DNA of 64,000 nt from Octopus sinensis (Eukaryota): the NCBI RefSeq assembly GCF_006345805.1, contig NC_043012.1, forward strand, positions 20,832,001-20,896,000, written 5' to 3'. The notes under the pieces are model-generated. The model was not told the origin of the DNA. It did not search any database and was given only the letters and a program-made list of their open reading frames with translations. The number at the start of each line of letters is the position of its first letter. Position 1 is the first letter of the stretch. The position numbers and the translations under genes were made by a program. Shown here one piece after another: positions 52,962 to 64,000 of the stretch.

Positions 52962-53008
52962 AATTGACAAATCATATACTTTTCAACATAAGTGGCTTAT
53001 GTTAATTA

Positions 53009-53465
53009 CCGTATTTTCCGCACTATAAGGCGCACCGGATTATAAGGCGCACCTTCAATGAATGACCTATTTTAAAACTTTGTCCATATATAAGACGCAC
53101 CGCATTATAAGGCGCATAGAATAGACGCTACAGTAGAGGCTGGGGTTACGTTATGCATCCATTAGATGGAGCTGCGCTGAAAGGAATGTCAACAAAACAG
53201 TTGGATAGGTCAGTCAAACTTTATTAATAGATTACAAACCAGCGTTCTGACAACTCCGTTCACTCCCAAAATGAATAAACAGCTGTTTTATTATTTTCTC
53301 CGAGGTAAAGTCAGTGACGTGGTATTTTGTTTATTTTTTAACAACAGCAAGGTATAACATGTAGTGCAACATTTAGATCACATAGTGGAGGGGAACTTTT
53401 CCTCGATTCAATAAACACGTAAAATCAAACGTTAGTGCAATCACAGTATAGTGATAAACTCAATT
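53009..53465 (+). mobile_element. Left end of a Tc2/pogo-type DNA transposon
   Basis: TA|CCGTATTTTCCGCACTATAAGGCGCAC with four TATAAG(G/A)CGCA subterminal repeats (53024-53117); right boundary uncertain. Confidence 0.75.
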
Positions 53466-53576
53466 GAGAAATACTTACGAAACGGCGAATAGTATTTATT
53501 TCAGTCGCACACAACAGATCACACTTTTGGGGGGAGAAGCAGAAATGGTAGAATTGAGAAAGTGGAGGATAAAATG

Positions 53577-53985
53577 CTTTACTCTTTTACTCTTTTACTT
53601 GTTTCAGTCATTTGACTGCGGCCATGCTGGAGCACCGCCTTTAGTCGAGCAATTCGACCCCGGGACTTATTCTTTTGTAAGCCCAGTACTTATTCTATCG
53701 GACTCTTTTGCCGAACCGCTAAATGACGGGGACGTAAACACACCAGCATCGGTTGTCAAGCGATGTTGGGGGGACAAACACAGACACACAAACACACATA
53801 CACATATATATGTACATATATACGACAGGCTTCTTTCAGTTTCCGTCTACCAAATCCACTCACAAGGCATTGGTCGGCCCGGGGCTATAGTAGAAGACAC
53901 TTGCCCAAGATTCCACGCAGTGGGACTGAACCCGGAACCATGTGGTTGGTTAGCAAGCTACTTACCACACAGCCACTCCTGCGCC
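53577..53985 (-). mobile_element. SINE family B, young copy
   Basis: Full-length; accounts for ORFs 53464..54102 and 53763..54068. Confidence 0.92.
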
Positions 53986-54124
53986 TATGTACTAATCCAT
54001 GTGATCTACGATCAAAATCCAAACCTTACTCACGTTACTTTTACTTTTCATCATTCAAGTGTAAATAAATTAGGTAATCAAGAACTGATGGGATCAATAT
54101 AATCCACTTCCAGAAATGCGTAAC

Positions 54125-54430
54125 TTTGTGCAAGTCAGCCGGACAGGCCAACTCGTTCGAATGCCTGATACGCGACTACCCGAGAAACAGTTTTACAGCG
54201 AACTGATGGAGGGCAATGAGACAGAAAATATGGCTTCAAGGACATGCTCAAAGGACATGCTCAAAGCCTTACTGAAGAGGTCTAAGTTCAATCGCGATGC
54301 GTGAAAAATGTAAGCATATTATCGTCCCACCTAGCGGAGATGAACCAACGGAAGTGCCACTTCCTACGAACAGGTGAGGATTGTAGGGTGGCATAAAGAA
54401 AACGTGAACTACACAAGTCCAAAGTCAACT
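54125..54430 (+). mobile_element. Decayed RTE-clade LINE C-terminal fragment
   Basis: TGQLVRMPDTRLPEKQFYSELMEG...KDMLKALLK resembles the WAGHxxRMPDxRLPKxxFYxEL motif. Confidence 0.8.
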
Positions 54431-54674
54431 TTCTACCTTCAGTCCCAGCAGACAAACAGTGCCGGACCTACAGCAGGTTCTTTAGGGCACGCAAAGAACG
54501 ATTGTTCTCAGCTGGATGTACCGTGCCGCGTCTTCGCCCGTGTGATGCCCTTGGTCGTCGTCTACGACGAAGACAACCTGATGCTGTATTAGAAATTTAT
54601 AATTAGAACGACTCCATTAAAGCCATAATATGTGCCTAGAACGATTCCATTAAAGCCATGATATATAAAATAAA

Positions 54675-54875
54675 GACGGCGAGCAGGCAGAAAGGTTAGC
54701 ACGCCGGGCGAAATGCTTAGCGGTGTTTCGTTCTAATTTCAAATTCCGCCGAGGTAATCTTTAACTTTCGTCCTTTCGAGGTCGATAAATTAAGTACCAG
54801 TTGCGCACTGGGGTCGACCTAATAGTCAGGCCCCTCCCCAAACATTTCAGACCTTGTGCCTGGAGTAGAAAAACA
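54675..54875 (+). mobile_element. SINE family A, tail type 2
   Basis: GACGGCGAGCAGGCAG..CAAATTCCGCCGAGG..GTCGATAAATTAAGTACCAGTTG..CCTTGTGCCTGGAGTAGAAAA. Confidence 0.88.
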
Positions 54876-55728
54876 TATTATATAAGATATTACATAGCCA
54901 AAAATGAGTTCTAGTGACAAGTATCTGATCTGTCAATTACTCATTAATTTTCAGTAGGAATATTTGTTATGGTGTCTGATTGGTCAAACAATTTCATGTT
55001 CTTTATGAGTTAGACGTCTTCCCCATGCATACAGTGTGGGACATTCGTGTGTCGATAGAAACCATAAATATTCACTTCAAATTCTATCCCCTTGCTTGAA
55101 TGGTTAATTCTTCTTCCCATATTTGGAATCAATTTTGTCTAGAATTGTACATAAGTCTCTATACACATATGTCTTCATGAGTGAATCGATTACAATCTTT
55201 CTGAAGACATAAATCATATTTGTGATTCTTGGCTTTTGCTTTTTTCCAAAATGTCACATGCGTAGGTCGATTTCGTAATATATTCATCTTTCCAATACTG
55301 CAAACTATAATACACAGAACTGAAGCGGTTGCAGATAAATCTATATCCCATACGTCTTTATGTTTTACCTTTCAATTTATCTTCTTTTCAAAACGGGTGG
55401 TTTGGTACACATAGTTGGCGCATCACTATATCCCTTACACCATATCCTTTTGCTCGTATATATTTCGGATTCCGATCTAGCGATGTTGAATTTGTCATTC
55501 AGCTCTAAGGAATCGATAGAATAATTATCTGTCATGAACTGGACTAAATCAATCCTCCGTAACCCTTTCTCTATAAGCTTGTGGCCGTGTGCTACTACCA
55601 CATATATATATACGTGTATGTGCGCGTGTGTGAGCATGTGTGTGTTATACATATGCCATATACATATATAGGTATATACATAGATATACATGTATATGGA
55701 TATGTGTATATATATAAATAAATACGTA

Positions 55729-55775
<47 letters not shown>

Positions 55776-56723
55776 AGAGAGAGAGAGAGATGTGTCTGTA
55801 TACATTCATACATACATACATACATACATACATACATACATACATCTGCATACACACATAAATAACCGCCAGCCCTTTTATCTATCTATATATCTATCTA
55901 TCTATGTCTTGCGGGGTGGGTATTGGGTTTGCTGGCGTCCAGTGCAATAACAGTGTTTCACCAAGTTTCTCGAATGCAACACACAACCAATAACACATTA
56001 ACGTATAGTTCCCCTGTGGAGCTGGTTTTACACGCTAATTATTAATGAAGGCAAACTCGGTTCTAGTGAAGATTGTTGTATTATTAATAGTTGTCTCCAT
56101 TCCATTTGTTATATTAAATTTTGATATGAGTTTAGGCAGTCGGGTCATAGTGGTTGCCGCCCTTACGAACTGGAAATATTAAAGTGTGTTTCCAAGGAAG
56201 ATATTATATCGCTGGGAAGAGTGTGATTGAAACGTATATTAGAGAGTGTGACTAGTGTAACTTTATCTGACATGCACTGTTTGAGGGCAATGAAGTAATA
56301 TTCTAAGAACCGGTTGTCTCATTGATTCGGCGCAACTGATATTGATTTCCCACTTGATGTGCGTATGCTTGCGGTGGTGAACATGAAGAAGAAATTGTTG
56401 CGAAAGAGATTTACATCGTGTTTGTATGATGGATATAAACGTGTTTAAAATATGAAGTATTTAACTGAGTGTTTATGTTTATGCGTTTATAATATTTAAG
56501 ATGATCGTTCTGTAAGCACACTTGATAGAACCCCTGTTAGAAAGGCTGTAAACGAATAAGCTCCAGTGTGGGCGTGCTTGCAGAATGTCGAATGTACAAA
56601 ATAAGTGTTGGTGCTTTGGATGAAATTCTTGTGAAAGCAGCGCTATATTATAGCGATCCAGTTTATAGAGAGGAGCCTTCTTTTCAAGCTTCTACGGCGT
56701 ATTCTTTGCCTGTGCATCTAGAA

Positions 56724-56777
<54 letters not shown>

Positions 56778-59700
56778 GTTGAGTAAAAAGCAAGCAACGT
56801 TTTGGACGATGAAGATCTTGTACCGGATCTTGTAGAGTTTGGAATTTTAAAAAAATATTTTTTGCAATTGTCTCATAATAGAGACATAGACTTGCCCAAA
56901 TACATCAATATATAATTAAACATTGAGATTCTTCTTCTCGTCTACGATATATGCTCTAATTAACTTTTGCACTATTTAATTTGTACTATTTAGCTGCACT
57001 TTAGTATATTTGTCGGCGTATATCATCATTAGGTTCTCTTTTATATGATTTAACTAAGATGTGTTGAAAATCTCCTGCATGCTAACCGTCTTACTGATTA
57101 TTGTAGTGAAGTGTACGCCATTAGGGTATGTATTTACAAGTGATTCGACTGTGTCTGAAATAGCTCAAGCATTTAGAAAGGCACAGGAATCTAGCAACAA
57201 TTAACCAAATATGAATCATGAACACTTTCGTCGTCAGTCCAATTCGTCACCCACTTGCACAGCTGCCATTCTTTAACATTTGCATAGCTGGTTTTCTTTG
57301 CCAAGACACAACGAGCTTGTGGGAATACATGAACAAAATACACCAAGTGAAATGTCAACAATTATGAATGGGGACCACATTACATCATTCACACATTGAG
57401 AGGTTGCTTTCTCTGAATATTTCACGCATCTTTACTGTTATATGACATTGCTGTATTATTAAAGATTAGAATAACGACATTCCCAGGGTAATCAAACTAG
57501 CTTTTTATTAGAAATGTCTAGAAGTGTTCGCAGATATTCATATCTTTATACGATTTTATAATTGTGAATATCCAAATGCTGGGACTTCATACACACAAAC
57601 TCAGTTATCACGCGGCGATATGTGCCTTCTGCGCCTAATGCTGAAACCATTCAACTGCAATGCCTATTTTCACATCAAAATATCAATATTAAATATTTTT
57701 CAGATTTTTATAGCGTCCATCAGGCACACCAAAAACAATGGGGGTTAATCTTCAGCCACATAGAATCTGACTTTCAAGGAGTACATAAGCAACCGGCCCT
57801 ACTTTTCCACCACACTTCCTTTATGGAGCTGTGACATTGTGTTCCGTGTTCTTCTTTATGTATCTCATTATGGTTGCTAGAACCTTGGCAGCTAATATCA
57901 AACGATATTATTCACTTTGAAACTTGCTTCGTTAGCTGATTGAATGACTACACCCCATATGACTCATCAGTTATTTGATAAACAATATTTACCCTCGAAA
58001 TTATACTGCTCACATCACTACTTTCCGACTGTGAGGCGTTCAGTTTTCTTTTTCTTTCCCCATTTCGCTTTGTAATGCTATCGAACTCATATCATTAGTA
58101 CTTGTAACATACTTCCCTCTGCTGCCTCTACTCCAATGCAATGTTCTACATCTATCAGCGAGGACCCTACATTTCCCCTGTTCAATTATACTTTGCCAAC
58201 ATCTAACTGTACGAATATGGCTAAGCACATTCACAGCAATTTTCTTGTTTAGATAACTTTGTTCCCCTTTCTTCTTTTATTCCTCAGATTCCAAAACACC
58301 CGGTCGTTTATTATCATCATTTATAATAGTCTTCCATAATTATCTTCTGCAAGTTCAGTCAATTCATTTTGCCATTCCTTCATCTCATGGACCTCATATT
58401 TGAAAACACCGGATTCCAGCACGATGGTGTTGCTGAAAACAGTATTGAAAACAGCCCACCTCGCTCTTTCTTTCTCTCTCTCTCTCCTTCTTTTTCTGTT
58501 TTGTCACCTAGCTTTACGTAATCCAAGAATAAGAAGTGCTTAAATATTTTATGACAGGATTATATAAAGATTTAAACAGTTTTCGTTCAAACAAGAACGG
58601 GATACGAGAAATTATAAACATTAATGTTGATGAGATACTGACGGGGAAAATACCGCGACCTCTGTTGAATTTTCAGCTGAATGGCCCACCCCTACTGATT
58701 TTTTCTCTTTCACATTCTAATGTATTTTCTCTAATCTGGAAACTAACTTATTCATTCGGTTGAAATTATATGGATTAAGATGGCCGAGATTCCGTTGTGC
58801 CTTATCCACCAACTGCAGCTGGTATTCATTTTCAGTGATAGAGTAAGACAACATGAAATGTTTAAGGCCTTAACGTGCTGCGCGTTCCGTGCATTAACCC
58901 CAGATCCTCACATACAGAATCCATTATCTAGTCATGTGTTGTAACTTAATTCATTGAAGTTAACAGTAATTTTAAACATCTCATTCGTGTTTCTTTTAAT
59001 TGATTCTTCATACTTTGAAGTCATTTCCAGTTTTCTTACAATGTTATACTATCACCATATTGATTAACAGTGTGATTTTAGTTTCACTGGAATTCTTCTG
59101 GTAATTCTTTCTGTTTAGGGAGTGAAGGTTAGGTCATTTAATGAATTTACCTAGAATTGAAATAGCACGAGCTGGAAATCGAATGACTTGTGGCAATAAA
59201 ACGCCTGTCATGGATAATAATCAGAAAGATACTGAGGCTTGAAAATGTGCACTAACACTTCATTTAGAATAAATAAGTATTGAAATTGTTAACAACAGCG
59301 TTTGGGGAATATCGTTGTCATATGCAATGTTGAACAAGTTTCAGGCTGTTTTGGACTGATTCTTGGATGATGCAGCAGATTCTATTATAACACTTACATG
59401 TTCCAAGTGATAGAAATTTCACGGCACTTTCGTCTTTTCAGAAACTATAATTCTCTCTTTGCTCTCTCTCCCAGCTTACTGCGCATGATAAAGAAATACG
59501 TATTGTTTGGTTTTACAGAATTTGCCCTCGTAGTTTATTTTTGTAACTGTGATAGCTATAAATATTCCGTACATTCAGTTCGTATTAAAAGAAGATTTAA
59601 CTGATCAAAATTTCAGTGTTTGTCTTCGTATAATCGTCGCTTCGCTACTACACTTGTCGCTAAATTCAAAATTATTTATTAGAGTAGTTGGGGCAGGGGG

Positions 59701-60411
59701 CATTTTCTTCTATTAAGTTTTACTAAACTAATCAGTTTCCCTTTACTTTTCTACATTCAATTCTATAATTTAATTGTTTTTTTTTCTTTTTTGCAATTGA
59801 AGTTTAGAATTTAATAACCTTTGTAGCCATCATGGATAAGAAATTGTAATGTGTAGAGAAAATTGTACAAAACATCTATGTTTTGTTGACTACTCCCGTG
59901 TACCAAGATCAAGTCTCTTTATGTACCTACATGGTTTGCACCACCACCATCATCCACACAACTTGCGTCCAAACATTGGACAAGAAAAAGAAGAAGACTG
60001 GTTTGTCATAAATGCCTTAATAGGAGACCCTAAACTCTTTCTAATGATTTCTGCACTCACCGTACACTAGGACTGTGCCATGAATGTGATAATCGCTAAC
60101 TTGTATATTGTAACATATAATTAAGTTTTGTGCCCTACCATATTGGCCTGACACTTAAACCCCATTCTCGATCTTAAATACCGGCACAGATAACCATGAA
60201 CCCCGTCCCAGAGAAATAAGAAACATGGTTCTGCAATCAATTAAAAGCTTATTCAAATATTTTGAGAGAAACTGAAATCTCTCTTTGACGTTCTTCAAAA
60301 TGAGACAAATTTACTTCCTCCTTGACCAAACTTTGATAAATCTGTCAAATAAAGAGATATATTTTGTGACAAATGGTAACAATCCTTTATCTCTCTCATG
60401 CCTTTTTTGTA

Positions 60412-60605
60412 GTATTCCTCTATTTGTTTCAGTCATTTGACTGTGGCCATGCTGGAACACCGTCTTTAGTCGTAGTGAACGAACCCAAGACTTTTCCTTT
60501 TGTAAGCCTAGTTCTTTTTCCATCGTCTTCATTTGCCGAACCGCTAATTTACGGGGACGTAAACACACCAACATCGGTTGTCAGAATATGGTGCGGGGAT
60601 AAATA
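60412..60605 (-). mobile_element. SINE family B, 3' half
   Basis: TTGTTTCAGTCATTTGACTGTGGCCATGCTGG..GCCGAACCGCTAA..GGGGACGTAAACACACC. Confidence 0.88.
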
Positions 60606-60940
60606 TGTCGTGTCGTTTAACGTCTACATTATTATCTCTCATTTGACGTAACATATGTTTTCGCCCATTCATTAGAATATGTTGTCCCCTTCTTTATCTT
60701 CAAAATTATTTTACTTTGTATAGTTTTGCCCTGCTCCAGCTAGAATGAAGCCAGATGGAAGAGAAACATAAACACAAATAAACCTGTTTCCAGTTTTCTT
60801 GTAATATACCTAAAACCAGACATTTTTTGTTTCTTTCCAGGTGTAAAGACGAAATCTACGCTTTCTTAATCGCCCGAAAAGTAAACGCGGCAAAACATTA
60901 TTAAAAGCCCAGTGGAGAAAGAAGAAGCGCATCCACCCAA

Positions 60941-61497
<557 letters not shown>

Positions 61498-61575
61498 TTA
61501 ATAATAATAACAAAAACAATAATAGTAGTAGTAATAATAATAATAATAATAACAAAAACAATAATAATAGTAGTA

Positions 61576-62117
<542 letters not shown>

Positions 62118-63984
62118 GACTACAAAAAGGCGTTTGATAGCATCCCCCACACATGGATCCTCGAAACACTAGCCATTAACAAAGTAGCACCAACAATCAT
62201 AAAATTCATAGAGCACTCTATGAATAAATGGCAAACAGTCCTACACCTCCAAACAAAAGAGGGACTCATGAAAACCAAAGACATCCCCATTAGAAGAGGA
62301 ATATTCCAGGGAGACACGCTCTCTCCACTCCTTTTCTGCTTGGCACTGTCACCTCTATCTGATATGCTAAATAGAACTGGATGCGGATATAAATGTTACG
62401 GCAAAACGATCAGCCACCTTTTATATATGGATGACCTAAAACTATACGCTGCAAATGACAAACAGCTGGAAACACTATTAAAGACAGTTCATGGATTTAC
62501 CAAAGAAATAGATATGAAATTTGGATTAGAAAAATGCGCCAAAGTAACCATGAAAAGAGGAAAACTAGTTAAGAGTAACAACATCACACTAGATAAAACC
62601 AATGAAATAAAAGAATTAGACCAAAACCAAACTTACAAATACTTAGGAATCCATGAACTAGATAAGACACAACACACACAAATGAAAGAGAAAATAAAAA
62701 AGAATATTATAGACGAGTTAGATCAATACTAAACACAGAGCTCAATGCTAAAAACAAGATAATAGGTATCAACACTTTAGCTGTCCCAGTTATAAGTTAC
62801 AGCTACAATATCCTTAACTGGACACGAAATGAACTGACCAAAATAGATAGGAAAACAAGAAAAATAATGACACGATCTAGGATGCATCACCCAAAATCTG
62901 ACATAGAAAGACTATATATACAACGTATAGAAGGTGGTAGAGGCCTTATACAGCTGGAAAACTACTATAAAATAACCACCATAGGACTGCAAAAATATCT
63001 ACTTCAGAAGGAAGGAAAACTGATCCAGATAGCGGCAAAACACGAGCAAAACAAAAGACTGTTCTCAGTATTTAAGGAAGCTGACAAATACAAACAAGAA
63101 ATCATACCACCTAATAAACATGAAGAAGAAGAAGAAGAAGATGGAGAAACAACAAAAGCTATAAAACAAATGAAATCCAAACTAAAAATAGAACAGCAAC
63201 GAACCATGATAAAACGATGGAAAGAAAAGCCCCTTCATGGTAAATACTGCACTAAACTAAACGCAAAAGAAATAGACAAAGAAAAATCCCAGCAATGGTT
63301 GAGAAGCTCAGGACTCAAAGCAGAAACAGAGGGATTTTTAATTGCAGCACAAGACCAAAGCCTCCCCACCAGAAATTACCAAAACCATGTAATGAAAAGA
63401 AATATTACAAGTAACTGCAGAATATGTGGAGATGGACAAGAAACAATAAATCATATTATCTCTAGCTGCCCAGTCCTGGCTAAGAAGGAATATATTCACA
63501 GACATGACAGAGTTGGAACTTACATACATTGGAAGCTATGCCAACTTTATGGAATAACAACAGAAAAAAGATGGTATAGGCACACACCAGAAAAGGTCAC
63601 AGAAAACGAGAAAGCAACCATACTCTGGGATATGCCGATACACACAGATAGAGAAATTAAGGCCAACAGACCAGATATAGTTGTCAGAGATCATGAAGAA
63701 AAAAATGCTTTCTAATTGATGTATCAATACCGGCAGATGGCAACGTGTCTCTAAAAGAAATGGAGAAACTCTCAAAATACAAAGACCTGGAAATAGAGAT
63801 AACTAGAATGTGGAATCTGAAAACAGAAACAATTCCTATCATAGTAGGTGCATTAGGCATGATAAAAAAATATTCAGACAAATACATAACAAAAACACCA
63901 GGACTTACAAACACATATAACATACAGAAAATTGCACTACTAGGCACTGCACACATCCTACGCAGAACACTTTCCATACAATAA
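62118..63984 (+). pseudogene. Reverse transcriptase-RLE polyprotein C-terminal part, about 620 codons, broken by two single-base frameshifts
   Basis: ORFs 62220..62732, 62867..63715 and 63745..63984 join into one stop-free frame if one A is added to each of the runs at 62696-62701 and 63699-63705. Confidence 0.88.
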
Positions 63985-64000
63985 CCATCAGAGCATCACA
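62118..64000 (+). mobile_element. 5'-truncated young RLE non-LTR retrotransposon (R4/Dong-like); continues past the window end
   Basis: RT motifs DYKKAFDS, RGIFQGDTLSPLLF, LLYMDDLK, YKYLG; CCHC knuckle CRICGDGQETINHIISSC; RHD; RPD..D endonuclease; preceded by (AAT)n. Confidence 0.95.

Noticed and set aside
53464-54102. 212-aa ORF
   Set aside because: Antisense read-through of a family B SINE; the same peptide recurs in ORFs at 29090, 39052 and 60373
55900-58300. Faint LINE-like peptide traces (IALDASK-like, Cys/His-rich) in unique-looking sequence
   Set aside because: Too degenerate to assign without a profile search

Overview
AT-rich, microsatellite-saturated animal genomic DNA. The SINE families point to a coleoid cephalopod, probably Octopus; this is inferred from recalled repeat families, not from a search. 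No host protein-coding gene is confidently identifiable, and nearly all ORFs in the supplied track are microsatellite or SINE artefacts. The window is a mosaic of: (i) several subfamilies of restriction-like-endonuclease (RLE) non-LTR retrotransposons (R4/Dong-like), mostly embedded strand-specifically in (TAA)n arrays, including a young 1.9-kb copy at the right end; (ii) about 20 tRNA-derived SINE copies from three families; (iii) RTE and Tx1-like LINE 3' ends; (iv) Tc1/mariner, Tc2/pogo, MITE and Helitron DNA elements; and (v) a 100-N scaffold gap. The most interesting signal is a set of non-coding repeats carrying minimal type I hammerhead-ribozyme motifs. One family occurs as a 338-bp tandem pair (5.8-6.4 kb) and again as a 438-bp foldback (16.7-17.1 kb). 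Further degenerate hammerhead-like or foldback families lie at 7.2, 7.7, 23.5, 38.4, 50.0 and 51.9 kb. Together they suggest a Penelope-derived, retrozyme-like system. Boundaries of decayed elements are approximate.
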